Shown: positions 26,446-35,830 of the stretch, in pieces
Position numbering within the stretch: position 1 is the first letter of the stretch
Layout: the number at the start of each line of letters is the position of its first letter
Assembly (NCBI GenBank): GCA_045656645.1
Contig: JAZORN010000080.1
Span: forward strand, 2,845-66,844
DNA from: Clostridia bacterium
Lineage (GTDB): Bacteria > Bacillota > Clostridia > UMGS1883
Length of the DNA: 64,000 nt
Reading direction: 5' to 3'
Notes under the pieces: model-generated
What the model was told of the DNA's origin: nothing
Seen by the model: only the letters and a program-made list of their open reading frames with translations
Databases searched by the model: none
Position numbers and translations under genes: made by a program

Positions 26446-28431
26446 TTAGCTGATATCGGTCAGCTCAATATACTGCTTTCCGTTTTCGGCAATGAAATCC
26501 TTTCTGCCCTGCAGATTGTTACCAAGAAGCAAATCAAACATCTGTGCCGTTTTTTCCGCTTCCTCACTCATAACCTTGATAAGACGACGACTTTCCGGGT
26601 TCATAGTTGTCTGCCACATCATATCAGGCTGGTTTTCACCAAGACCTTTACTGCGCTGAATTGAAACACCCTTTTCAGGAAGCTGGGCAAGAATTTCTGT
26701 CTTTTCCTTTTCATTATATGCAAAGTAGGAAACGTCCTTATGAATGATTTCAAAAAGCGGTGATTCTGCAATATAAACCTTTCCCTCTTCAATAAGGGTG
26801 GGAACAAGCGTGTAAAGCATTGTCAGGATAAGTGTTCTTATCTGGAAACCGTCTACGTCGGCATCGGTACAGATAATTATTTTATCCCAACGAAGATTAT
26901 TAAGGTCAAAGGAATTCATATCCTTGTTATGCTTCGTTTTAAGCTCTACACCGCAGCCGATAACCTTTATAAGGTCGGTTATAATTTCGCTTTTAAAGAT
27001 TTTTTCAAAATCAGCCTTAAGGCAGTTTAATATTTTACCCCTTACGGGAATGATTGCCTGAAATTCTGCATCCCTGCCGAGCTTACAGGCACCGAGCGCA
27101 CTGTCACCCTCAACTATATAAAGCTCACGCCTTGAAACGTCCTTTGTTCGGCAATCGACAAATTTCTGCACACGGTTTGTAACGTCCATCGTTCCCGTAA
27201 GCTTTTTCTTAAGATTGGTACGTGTTTTTTCCGCCGTTTCACGGCTGCGCTTGTTTACAAGCACCTGATTACAGATACGCTCCGCCTCGGGACGGTTTTC
27301 AATAAAGAATATTTCCAAATTTTTGCGCAGGAAGTCTGTCATTGCCTCCTGAATAAATTTGTTGGTAATACTCTTTTTAGTCTGATTTTCATAGCTGACA
27401 ACAGTTGAAAAACAGTTCGTTACAAGTATCAGACTGTCGGATATGTCGTTAAAGGTTATTTTAGCCTCTGTTTTTGTATATTTATTATTCTGCTTTAAAT
27501 AAGCATCTATCGCACTGACAAAAGCACTTCTTGCCGCCTTGTCAGGTGCACCGCCGTGCTCAAGATAGCTTGAGTTATGGTAATACTCTATAAACTGTAC
27601 ATCATTTGAAAAGGCAAATGCCGCACTGAGCTTAACCTTGTAATCCTTCATATCCTCTCGGTCACGGCCTGTGCGCTCCCCCTCATAAAAAGCAGTGTTT
27701 GAAATACGCTTTTCATTTTCGGGGCAAAGCTCGTTAATATAGTCAACGATACCGTTTTCATAGCGGAATTCAAACTTTTTAACCTCGCCGCCGTTTTCGT
27801 GATAGGTAAGCTTGAATGTAAGACCTGCATTTACAACAGCCTGACGCTTTAATGAATCAGTGAGAAATTCAAGAGGAATATTTATGTCAGTGAAAACGTC
27901 AAGGTCGGGACGCCATTTAATTGTAGTTCCCGTAGAGCGGTACTTCTTTTCCTCTTTATAAAGACCGCCTACATTTTCACCCTTTTCAAAATAAAGCGTG
28001 TGTTCATATCCGTCACGGTTAACCGTGACGTTCATATATTCTGCACTGTACTGCGTTGCGCAAAGGCCAAGTCCGTTAAGACCGAGGGAATAAAGATAGT
28101 TCTCACCCTCGCCCTTGTCATACTTACCGCCTGCGTAAAGCTCACAGAAAACAAGCTCCCAGTTGTATTTTTCCTCTTTCATATTCCAGTCAAGCGGAAT
28201 ACCTCTGCCGTAGTCCTTTACCTCAATGGACATATCGGCAAAGCGTGTAACCTCGATAACCTTGCCGTAGCCTTCCTTAGCCTCGTCGATGGAGTTTGAG
28301 ATTATTTCAAATACGCTGTGCTCACAACCCTCAATTCCGTCAGAACCGAAAATTACGCCAGGTCTTTTACGGACACGGTCTGCACCCTTGAGGGCGGTTA
28401 TACTTTCATTACCATAGCTTTTTTTAGCCAT
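26446..28431 (-). CDS. type IIA topoisomerase subunit B (ParE/GyrB family)
   Basis: GHKL ATPase region (DYGRGIP), Toprim EGDSA, PVRGKILN, TDADVDGFQI. No A-subunit gene is adjacent. Confidence 0.85.
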   Translation of the reverse strand: MAKKSYGNESITALKGADRVRKRPGVIFGSDGIEGCEHSVFEIISNSIDEAKEGYGKVIEVTRFADMSIEVKDYGRGIPLDWNMKEEKYNWELVFCELYAGGKYDKGEGENYLYSLGLNGLGLCATQYSAEYMNVTVNRDGYEHTLYFEKGENVGGLYKEEKKYRSTGTTIKWRPDLDVFTDINIPLEFLTDSLKRQAVVNAGLTFKLTYHENGGEVKKFEFRYENGIVDYINELCPENEKRISNTAFYEGERTGRDREDMKDYKVKLSAAFAFSNDVQFIEYYHNSSYLEHGGAPDKAARSAFVSAIDAYLKQNNKYTKTEAKITFNDISDSLILVTNCFSTVVSYENQTKKSITNKFIQEAMTDFLRKNLEIFFIENRPEAERICNQVLVNKRSRETAEKTRTNLKKKLTGTMDVTNRVQKFVDCRTKDVSRRELYIVEGDSALGACKLGRDAEFQAIIPVRGKILNCLKADFEKIFKSEIITDLIKVIGCGVELKTKHNKDMNSFDLNNLRWDKIIICTDADVDGFQIRTLILTMLYTLVPTLIEEGKVYIAESPLFEIIHKDVSYFAYNEKEKTEILAQLPEKGVSIQRSKGLGENQPDMMWQTTMNPESRRLIKVMSEEAEKTAQMFDLLLGNNLQGRKDFIAENGKQYIELTDIS

Positions 28432-28487
28432 TGTATATCCTCCGTTTGTTATGTTTTTTTGGGGATAGAAACTTATAAATTCCAGAT

Positions 28488-28667
28488 GGGGATTGTTAAG
28501 GGAACTCCCTTAACATAAATTTCGTTCAAATCGGGGGCGTGTACCTCGATTTGAACTCCTTGCAAGGGCTGGCACGGTGAGTGCCGCGCGAGCGAAAGCC
28601 CTTACTTCGCAGAAGAATGTTTTTTTATAAAAAACTTCTTCTGCGAGATGATGGCATTGCCATCATC
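28488..28667. repeat. structured intergenic repeat, family A, copy 2
   Basis: Same order of five hairpins as 9958-10137. The last hairpin (28647-28667) overlaps the folD stop codon. Confidence 0.85.
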
Positions 28668-29511
28668 TTTGTATTTCGGCAGCCTTTACGGTGTTTTTCA
28701 TAAGCATTGCTATTGTCATAGGACCTACACCGCCCGGAACGGGTGTAATTGCAGATGCTACAGAAGATACACTGTCATAATCAACGTCACCGCAAAGCTT
28801 TCCGTTTTCGTCACGGTTCATACCTACGTCAATTACAATTGCGCCATCCTTAACCATATCGGCAGTTATAAACTTAGCCTTGCCTACTGCTGCAACGAGG
28901 ATATCTGCACGGCGGCAAACCTCCTTAAGGTCTTTTGTACGGCTGTGGCAGATGGTAACTGTACCGTTTTCGTGCAAAAGAAGCATTGCCTGCGGCTTTC
29001 CTACTATGTTACTTCTTCCCACAACAACACATTCCTTACCACTTACCTCAATACCAGTCAGGCGGATAAGCTCCATAACGCCTGCAGGTGTGCAGGGGAG
29101 AAAGTCAAAGTTACCAATCATAATTTTGCCCACGTTTACGGGGTGGAATGCATCGACATCCTTTTCGGGAAGAATACGAAGAAGTACCTTTTCGCTGTCA
29201 ATACCCTTGGGAAGAGGAAGCTGTACAAGTATTCCGTTTATATCCTTGCGTGCATTGAGTGTGTCGATGAGAGAAAGAAGCTCTTCCTCAGTTGTTTCTT
29301 CGGGGAGTGCGTGCTCCTCAGAATAAATTCCGCAAACCTCGCACGCCTTTTTCTTATTATTTACGTATACACGGCTTGCACTGTCATTACCTACTATAAT
29401 TACTGCAAGTCCGACATTAATGCCGTCTTTCTTTAAGAGTGCCACCTGCTCTCTTAAATCCTCTTTTATCTTTTGTGAGAGTGCCTTTCCGTCTAATATC
29501 TGTGCTGCCAT
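28663..29511 (-). CDS. folD: bifunctional methylenetetrahydrofolate dehydrogenase/cyclohydrolase
   Basis: Canonical N-terminus [16 protein letters not shown], aaggag RBS, 282 aa. Confidence 0.92.
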   Translation of the reverse strand: MAAQILDGKALSQKIKEDLREQVALLKKDGINVGLAVIIVGNDSASRVYVNNKKKACEVCGIYSEEHALPEETTEEELLSLIDTLNARKDINGILVQLPLPKGIDSEKVLLRILPEKDVDAFHPVNVGKIMIGNFDFLPCTPAGVMELIRLTGIEVSGKECVVVGRSNIVGKPQAMLLLHENGTVTICHSRTKDLKEVCRRADILVAAVGKAKFITADMVKDGAIVIDVGMNRDENGKLCGDVDYDSVSSVASAITPVPGGVGPMTIAMLMKNTVKAAEIQR

Positions 29512-31309
29512 TATTAATTCTCCTTTCAGGTTTTATCAGGCAATCTCCGCCGAAACCGATAAGGTCTGTGCGGTTTGCCTTTACAAGTGCTTCGTGCACC
29601 AATTTATAATTTTCTTTTCGTGACGATTGTAAAAGTGCCCTTTGAAGTGCCTTTTCGTGGGGAGTTTTAGGCACATATACTTTTTTTAATGTGCGTGGGT
29701 CAAGCCCCGTATAAAACATTGCCGTAGAAAGTGTTCCGGGGGTGGGGTAGAAATCCTGCACCTGCTCGGGACGGATATTATTGCGCTTTAAATAAACCGC
29801 TAAATCTATCGCATCACGAAGAGTGCTTCCCGGATGGCTTGACATCAGGTAGGGAACGAGGTACTGCTCCTTACCGAGCTTTTTATTTATTTCATAAAAT
29901 TTGCGGCAGAATTTTTCGTATTGCTTAACCCCGGGCTTTCCCATATAGCGAAGAACATTGTCGCTTATATGCTCGGGCGCAACCTTGAGCTGCCCGCTTA
30001 CGTGATGCTCGCAAAGCTCATAGAAAAATGTATCGTCCTTATCACTTATAAGATAATCATAGCGTATACCGCTGCGTATAAAAACTTTTTTAACACGGGG
30101 AAGTGCCCTTAATTTACGAAGAAGCTCCACATAATCACTATGGTCAACCTCGGCATTCGGGCATACAGACGGATAAAGACACTGCCTGTCACGGCACGTT
30201 CCGCTTTTAAGCTGCTTTTTGCAGGCAGGAGCACGGAAGTTAGCCGTAGGTCCGCCCACATCGTGTATATAACCCTTAAAATCCTTGTCCCATATAAGCT
30301 TTTGTGCCTCGGCAAGGATTGATTGATGACTTCGTGACTGAACAACCCTGCCCTGATGAAACGTCAGCGCACAGAAGGAGCAACTGCCAAAACATCCCCT
30401 TGAAGATGTGATTGAAAACTTAACCTCTTCAAGTGCGGGAATACCGCCATCCTTATCATAGGATGGGTGCCACGCACGCATAAAGTTAAGCGAATAAACT
30501 CTGTCCATTTCCTTTTGAGAAAGGGGCGGTGACTGCGGAAGCTGCACAAGATATTTATCGCCGTGCTGCTGCACAAGTGTTTTTCCCCTTACACTGTCCT
30601 GCTCATAATACTGCGCCGCTGCAGCGCGTGCATAGCTTTCCTTGTCAGTGCTGACTTTTTCAAAGGAAGGGAGAACAACACTGTTTTTAGGAACTTTATC
30701 AGATATATAACAGCTACCCTTTAAATTGGTGATATGATTTATCGGAATACCGTCGGACAGCGCCTCGGCAAGTGATAAGAGCGAGCGTTCACCCATACCG
30801 AAAAGGAGCATATCTGCACCCGAATCCACAAGAATACTGCGCCGTACCTTATCCTGCCAGTAATCATAGTGGGCAAAACGGCGAAGACTTGCCTCCGTTC
30901 CACCGATAATTATGGGAATATCGCCAAAGGCACTTCGTGCCATATTTGAATATACAATAACGCATCTGTCAGGACGAAGCCCCGCCTTCCCCCCGGGGGA
31001 ATAGACGTCACTGCTTCGCCTTTTTTTTGATGCAGTATAATGATTTACCATAGAATCAATAACTCCGCCTGAAATCAGCACACCAAGTCTGGGCACACCG
31101 TAAGAGGTGAGTGCTGACGCATCATTACGGTCAGGCTGGGCACAGATGCATACTCTGTAACCGTTTGCCTCGAGTAGGCGGGAAAGAAGAGCCGTACCAA
31201 AAGAAGGATGGTCTACATACGCATCACCTGAAATAAAAAGAAAATCGTAGTAATCCCATCCTAAAGCATCCATATCAGATTTTGAAACGGGTAAAAAATC
31301 ACTGTTCAT
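29417..31309 (-). CDS. ygiQ: YgiQ-family radical SAM protein
   Basis: UPF0313-type N-terminal domain, radical SAM cluster CFGSCSFC, and a basic C-terminal tail. The last 95 nt overlap the folD start in another frame. Confidence 0.85.
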   Translation of the reverse strand: MNSDFLPVSKSDMDALGWDYYDFLFISGDAYVDHPSFGTALLSRLLEANGYRVCICAQPDRNDASALTSYGVPRLGVLISGGVIDSMVNHYTASKKRRSSDVYSPGGKAGLRPDRCVIVYSNMARSAFGDIPIIIGGTEASLRRFAHYDYWQDKVRRSILVDSGADMLLFGMGERSLLSLAEALSDGIPINHITNLKGSCYISDKVPKNSVVLPSFEKVSTDKESYARAAAAQYYEQDSVRGKTLVQQHGDKYLVQLPQSPPLSQKEMDRVYSLNFMRAWHPSYDKDGGIPALEEVKFSITSSRGCFGSCSFCALTFHQGRVVQSRSHQSILAEAQKLIWDKDFKGYIHDVGGPTANFRAPACKKQLKSGTCRDRQCLYPSVCPNAEVDHSDYVELLRKLRALPRVKKVFIRSGIRYDYLISDKDDTFFYELCEHHVSGQLKVAPEHISDNVLRYMGKPGVKQYEKFCRKFYEINKKLGKEQYLVPYLMSSHPGSTLRDAIDLAVYLKRNNIRPEQVQDFYPTPGTLSTAMFYTGLDPRTLKKVYVPKTPHEKALQRALLQSSRKENYKLVHEALVKANRTDLIGFGGDCLIKPERRINNGSTDIRRKGTLTKDKRGFKRAGGTLKERRH

Positions 31310-31546
31310 AGTTCTAACTCCTCAATCTATTTAATTATAATATATTATAAACTTCATTTCAAGCAAAAATTTCATTATGCATACGTAAGAATGGGAAAAA
31401 AGGCATAAAAAGCAGAAAAAAGGGGGCGAGATGCAAAAATATTACAAAATTATTATTTTTTATGCACAAGAAGACAAAGAATTGCATTGAAAATATATGG
31501 AAAATTTTGTAAAATATTTTTTGAAATATATGCAAAAAAGTGTTGC

Positions 31547-31575
31547 TTGAAATGCACTTTGTCACGGAATATAAT
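31547..31575 (+). promoter_or_regulatory. putative promoter (TTGAAA-17-TATAAT)
   Basis: ttgaaa at 31547-31552, 17-nt spacer, tataat at 31570-31575. It lies 25 nt upstream of an RBS and ATG. Confidence 0.5.
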
Positions 31576-31599
31576 GGTAAGACAGGAGGGGGAATAACT

Positions 31600-31914
31600 A
31601 TGGGTGAACCGATGTACATAAGACAGACTGAAACAGAAAGCATCCTTGGCGACAGAATAGTGCTTTACTATTTCACAACCGAGAAAAAGGAGAAAATAGG
31701 CGAAACAGAAACAATAAGATACGGAATAGGAATAGATATGTATACACAGCTTCCGTATCAGCGAACAACAAAGGAAAGAAAGGTTGTGGATGCTGTATTT
31801 CGCAGCAAACGTGATGCGCAGAAATTTATTGACGTTTTGTGCGACGGCTGCGTTACGCCTGCCACTCTCGAGGATATAATAAACGACAATCTGCAAAGTG
31901 AGTGTGTAATTTGA
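31600..31914 (+). CDS. small conserved-looking hypothetical protein
   Basis: 104 aa from the ATG at 31600, with a strong RBS (aggaggggg). The composition is balanced and non-repetitive. The ORF opens at 31540. No family assigned with confidence. Confidence 0.55.
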   Translation: MGEPMYIRQTETESILGDRIVLYYFTTEKKEKIGETETIRYGIGIDMYTQLPYQRTTKERKVVDAVFRSKRDAQKFIDVLCDGCVTPATLEDIINDNLQSECVI

Positions 31915-31933
31915 AAAAATTTGAAAAAAACAC

Positions 31934-32049
31934 TTGCAATTATATAAAGATTGTGATATAGTGCTTAGGTAAAAAGCGGTCCTCTGCATTTCTTTCGTAC
32001 GAACGCTTTATTTTTACCGCTATATGCGGGAGAGAAAGGAGAGATTTGA
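31934..32049 (+). promoter_or_regulatory. rplS promoter and structured 5' leader (possible L19 autoregulatory leader)
   Basis: ttgcaa (31934-31939), 17 nt, then TGa-tatagt extended -10 (31954-31962). The ~80-nt leader has a long hairpin ggtaaaaagcg...cgctttatttttacc. L19 leaders are known in Firmicutes. Confidence 0.4.
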
Positions 32050-32391
32050 GTGGACGTTTTAAAGGCGATTACTCAGGAGCAGATCAGAACTGACCTTCCC
32101 AAGCTTGAAATCGGTGATTATGTAAAGCTGTACGTAAAGGTTAAGGAGGGTGCAAAGGAAAGACTTCAGATGTTTGAGGGTACCGTTATCTCTAAGAAGC
32201 ATGGCGGCATTCAGGAAACATTTACTGTAAGACGTCTTTCATACGGTGTCGGTGTTGAAAGAACATTCCCTGTTAATTCACCCAGCCTTGATCACATCGA
32301 GGTTGTAAGACACGGTAAGGTTAAGCGTGCTAAACTGTACTATCTGCGTGACAGAGTTGGTAAGGCAGCTAAAGTTAAGGAAAGACTTTAA
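32050..32391 (+). CDS. rplS: 50S ribosomal protein L19
   Basis: 113 aa, GTG start. L19 pattern [14 protein letters not shown]...[10 protein letters not shown]...TFTVRR. Confidence 0.95.
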   Translation: MDVLKAITQEQIRTDLPKLEIGDYVKLYVKVKEGAKERLQMFEGTVISKKHGGIQETFTVRRLSYGVGVERTFPVNSPSLDHIEVVRHGKVKRAKLYYLRDRVGKAAKVKERL

Positions 32392-32404
32392 TAGTCAAAT
32401 GAGA

Positions 32405-32446
32405 GGGAATCTGTCACCTTTGGCAGGTTCCCTTTTCAGTTTTTTT
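32405..32446 (+). terminator. intrinsic terminator/attenuator after rplS
   Basis: Stem gggaatctg / caggttccc followed by ttttcagttttttt. Confidence 0.6.
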
Positions 32447-32461
32447 GGAGGTGCTTTGTAT

Positions 32462-33046
32462 ATGGAAGAAAAAGAGTTTAACAGTGAACTTCAGAATATA
32501 GAGGAGGAGACATCTTCTCCAAACAAAAAAAGTGCGAAGAAAGAGCTTCTTGAATGGCTTCAGGCAATAGTTATTGCCGTTGTACTGGCTCTCCTTGTAC
32601 GTAATTTTATATTTACCGTAGTGCGTGTTGACGGTCAGTCGATGGAGCCAACACTGCAGCATAATAACAGAATGATTGTATGGCGCCTCGGGTATGAACC
32701 TAAAGAGGGCGATATTGTAATTTTCAATCCTCCCGGATATGAGAAGAATGTTTACTGGGTAAAAAGAGTAATTGCGACAGAGGGACAGCACGTAGAGATT
32801 GATTATCCCTCAAACAGTGTCTATGTTGACGGTGAAAAGATAGATGAGCCGTACTTAGGTGAAAGGATGCAGAATATGGCAACCCTTACAGAAATAGATG
32901 TTCCAAAGGGATGCGTATTCGTTCTTGGGGATAACCGTAACCACAGTACCGACGGACGTGTTATAGGACCTATCAGTGAGGATAGCATTATAGGTGAGGC
33001 AGTGCTCAGATTCTGGCCCCTTACCAATATGGATATATTCAGATAA
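32462..33046 (+). CDS. lepB: signal peptidase I
   Basis: S26 motifs GQSMEPTL (Ser), KRVIA (Lys) and GDNRNHSTDGR. ATG at 32462 with a ggaggtg RBS. The ORF opens at 32327. Confidence 0.9.
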   Translation: MEEKEFNSELQNIEEETSSPNKKSAKKELLEWLQAIVIAVVLALLVRNFIFTVVRVDGQSMEPTLQHNNRMIVWRLGYEPKEGDIVIFNPPGYEKNVYWVKRVIATEGQHVEIDYPSNSVYVDGEKIDEPYLGERMQNMATLTEIDVPKGCVFVLGDNRNHSTDGRVIGPISEDSIIGEAVLRFWPLTNMDIFR

Positions 33047-33087
33047 ATTCGAAACGAAGCAATCCGATAATCAAAGGAGTATACTCT

Positions 33088-33927
33088 ATGAATATACAGT
33101 GGTTTCCCGGGCATATGACCAAAACAAAGCGTATGATAGCAGACAGTATAAAGCTGTGCGACTGCGTTATCGAGCTTTGTGATGCACGTTGCCCCGAGAG
33201 CAGCCGAAATCCTGAGCTTCCAAAGCTTATCGGCGATAAAAAGCTGCTCCTTGTAATAAATAAAAGTGATATTGCAGACCCCGTCGAGACGCAAAAGTGG
33301 CTCCAGAGGTTTAAAAAGGACGGTATCAGTGCTGTGGCGGTAAGCTGTAACGATTCAAAGGGGACACTTAAAATACTCGACAGTGTTAAAGAGCTTTTAA
33401 AGGAAAAAATTGAGCGTGATAAAAGCCGTGGATATGTCAATAAACCAATCCGTGTTATGGTGTGCGGAATACCCAATGTAGGCAAAAGCTCCTTTATAAA
33501 TAAGCTTTACGGAAAAAGTGCCGCAAAGGCGGGCGACAGACCGGGTGTTACACGCGGTAAACAGTGGATAACACTTAAAAACGGTATGGAGCTTCTTGAT
33601 ACGCCCGGCATTCTCTGGCCAAAGTTTGAGGATAAGAATGTTGCACTGCGCCTTGCCTTTACAGGGGCAATAAAGGACGAAGTGCTTGATACAGAGGAAT
33701 TATGTGCGCATCTTTGCCTCTATCTTGCAGAGAATTATCCTGAAAGACTTAAAGAACGTTATAAGATTGACCTTGAGGAAAATCTCACAGGCTTTGAGAT
33801 ACTTGAACGTATTTCAAGGAAAAGAGGATTTATAGTAAAAGGCGGCGAAGTCGACTTTTTAAGAGGGGCAAGTGTTGTGCTTGACGAATTCAGGGGCGCA
33901 AAGCTTGGCAAAATCACACTGGAGTAG
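33088..33927 (+). CDS. rbgA: ribosome biogenesis GTPase YlqF/RbgA
   Basis: Circularly permuted GTPase order: NKSD, then GIPNVGKSS, then DTPG. Confidence 0.9.
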   Translation: MNIQWFPGHMTKTKRMIADSIKLCDCVIELCDARCPESSRNPELPKLIGDKKLLLVINKSDIADPVETQKWLQRFKKDGISAVAVSCNDSKGTLKILDSVKELLKEKIERDKSRGYVNKPIRVMVCGIPNVGKSSFINKLYGKSAAKAGDRPGVTRGKQWITLKNGMELLDTPGILWPKFEDKNVALRLAFTGAIKDEVLDTEELCAHLCLYLAENYPERLKERYKIDLEENLTGFEILERISRKRGFIVKGGEVDFLRGASVVLDEFRGAKLGKITLE

Positions 33928-33934
33928 GATAAAA

Positions 33935-34558
33935 ATGAGGGAAGAAGAACTTTTAAGATTACAATCAATGTGGGAGATAGAGCATAGCCTTTTTGATAAA
34001 GGCTATGTTAATATTGCAGGCGTTGACGAGGCGGGCAGAGGTCCGCTTGCCGATGAGGTTTATGCGGCGGCTGTAATACTGCCCCACGATATATGCATAG
34101 AGGGGCTTAATGACTCAAAAAAATTAACGGAGAAAAAGCGTGAAAAGCTTTTTGACGAGATTTTAGACTGCGCACTTGCGTACGCCATAAAAACGGCGAG
34201 CGTTGAGGAAATTGATAAATACAATATACGCAACGCTACATATATTGCAATGAACAGGGCTATAGAGGCACTCTCTGTAACACCTGATTACGTTATAGTA
34301 GACGGTGACTGTATAAAGGAATGTCACTATCCGCACGAATGTGTTGTAAAGGGCGATGCAAAGAGTCTTTCAATAGCGGCGGCATCAGTGCTTGCCAAGG
34401 TCTCCCGGGACCGTCATATGATAGAGATGGCAAAAAAATATCCCGAGTATGGATTTGAGAAGCACAAAGGCTACGGCACAGCGGCTCATATTGCCGCAAT
34501 TAAGGAGTTTGGTGCGTGTGAAATTCACAGAAAAACTTTTATTAAAAAATTCATCTGA
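33935..34558 (+). CDS. rnhB: ribonuclease HII
   Basis: Motifs GVDEAGRGPLA and NDSKKLT. ATG at 33935. The ORF opens at 33872. Confidence 0.9.
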   Translation: MREEELLRLQSMWEIEHSLFDKGYVNIAGVDEAGRGPLADEVYAAAVILPHDICIEGLNDSKKLTEKKREKLFDEILDCALAYAIKTASVEEIDKYNIRNATYIAMNRAIEALSVTPDYVIVDGDCIKECHYPHECVVKGDAKSLSIAAASVLAKVSRDRHMIEMAKKYPEYGFEKHKGYGTAAHIAAIKEFGACEIHRKTFIKKFI

Positions 34559-34934
34559 TAAAAATACGGCAGTTTCCATTGGCCAGAGGGGCGAGGAAAC
34601 TGCCGTAAAAATACTCATAAAACAAGGTTACAAAATTCTTGAACGGAATTTCAGAACTAAAATGGGCGAGATTGATATAATTGCCCGTGACGGTGAATAT
34701 ACCTGCTTTGTAGAGGTGAGGCTCAGGAAAAACAATAACTTTGGTACGCCTGCCGATACAATTGATGAAAGAAAGAGGCACCGTATTATTAATACGGCAA
34801 AATATTACGCACAGAAAAAAAGAATTTACGATACCCCGATGAGATTTGACGTGGTAGTGATAAATGCCGATACTTTCGGCGCGCAGCTTTCAAATATCAG
34901 AGCGGAGGTAATAAAGGATGCGTTCAGGCTTTGA
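34512..34934 (+). CDS. yraN: YraN-family (UPF0102) endonuclease-like protein
   Basis: Pattern GEETAVKILIKQGYKILERNFRTKMGEIDIIARDGEYTCFVEVRLR. The start is uncertain: GTG at 34512 or 34518 after an aaggag RBS. The ORF opens at 34449 inside rnhB. Confidence 0.75.
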   Translation: MRVKFTEKLLLKNSSDKNTAVSIGQRGEETAVKILIKQGYKILERNFRTKMGEIDIIARDGEYTCFVEVRLRKNNNFGTPADTIDERKRHRIINTAKYYAQKKRIYDTPMRFDVVVINADTFGAQLSNIRAEVIKDAFRL

Positions 34935-35814
34935 GGTGTTTGATGCCCATTGTGATACGCTTACTCTAAAGGGACTTTCCCATACGAAAACACAGCTTAG
35001 GCTGAGGGATATAAAAAGATATAAAAAGTACATTCAGGTTTTTGCAATATGTGCAGACGAAACCCCCCCGTTTTTGCACGCAAAAAGGCATATAAAAAAG
35101 TATAACACACTCATAAAAAAATGGGGGATGGAGCGTATTGAAAACAGGTATGATTTAAAAAATACGCATTTTGGTGCAATCTTAGCCCTTGAGGGGGCAG
35201 ATGCACTTTACGGCTCATTAAGTGCTCTTGACTTTTTTTATAAAGAGGGAGTGCGCCTTTTGACACTGACGTGGAATAATAACAATGCCGCAGCATCAAG
35301 CATAACGTCTGAGGACGATAACGGCCTTAGTGATTTTGGAAAAAGGCTTGTGCGTGCGTGTAACCAAAAGGGGATAGTTATTGATTTATCGCATATTGGT
35401 GACAAGGGTTTTTATGACGTTTGCGAAATTTCGGAAAAACCCTTTGTATGCTCCCATTCAAATTCACGCACTGTTTTCGATGTAAAAAGAAACATAACCG
35501 ACAGACAGTTTACCCATATAGTAAAAAGGGACGGCGTGTGCGGTATAAATTTCTACAGTGAATTTTTGGGAGAAAAGAAAAATATAGACGGAATATATTC
35601 GCATATTGAGCATTTCTGCGCTCTGGGCGGAGAAAAAAACATAGGTCTCGGAAGTGATTTTGACGGGATAAGAAGTATGCCCGCAGATTGCAAAGGTGCA
35701 TCATATATGGAGAAGATTGCTGAAAATCTCCTTATGCACAATTACAGTGAAAAAACGGTTAAAGACATATTATGGGGAAATTTTTACAGAGTGTTTGATG
35801 AAATACTAAAATAA
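34918..35814 (+). CDS. M19-family membrane dipeptidase
   Basis: Metal-site motifs FDAHCDT and GLGSDFDG. Confidence 0.85.
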   Translation: MRSGFEVFDAHCDTLTLKGLSHTKTQLRLRDIKRYKKYIQVFAICADETPPFLHAKRHIKKYNTLIKKWGMERIENRYDLKNTHFGAILALEGADALYGSLSALDFFYKEGVRLLTLTWNNNNAAASSITSEDDNGLSDFGKRLVRACNQKGIVIDLSHIGDKGFYDVCEISEKPFVCSHSNSRTVFDVKRNITDRQFTHIVKRDGVCGINFYSEFLGEKKNIDGIYSHIEHFCALGGEKNIGLGSDFDGIRSMPADCKGASYMEKIAENLLMHNYSEKTVKDILWGNFYRVFDEILK

Positions 35815-35830
35815 TTTTGGGAGACAGAAG

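Noticed and set aside
26446-28431. Lone topoisomerase B subunit without an adjacent A subunit as an anomaly, and a possible link to the Fic toxin target
   Set aside because: The partner gene may simply lie elsewhere in the genome. This cannot be evaluated from the window, and no sequence feature suggests a decoy or immunity copy.
28488-28667. ZTP (pfl) riboswitch, because of proximity to folD
   Set aside because: The element is downstream of folD, not upstream. It also lacks the conserved ZTP pseudoknot sequences as I remember them, and an identical element sits upstream of chrA.
28648-29436. 262-aa plus-strand ORF antisense to folD
   Set aside because: It has Cys/Tyr/Asn-rich low-complexity translation and no RBS. 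It fully shadows a canonical folD on the other strand, so it is a typical antisense artefact. The same applies to the other listed ORFs nested antisense within well-supported genes, for example 115-579, 1238-1648, 10404-10712, 20516-21016, 22416-22835, 38203-38730, 42879-43298 and 63313-63998.
31359-31989. Minus-strand ORFs of 94 and 178 aa in the AT-rich gap upstream of rplS
   Set aside because: Their translations are Phe/Ile/Leu/Cys-rich, as is typical of AT-rich non-coding DNA. The plus-strand 31600-31914 frame has a promoter, a strong RBS and protein-like composition.
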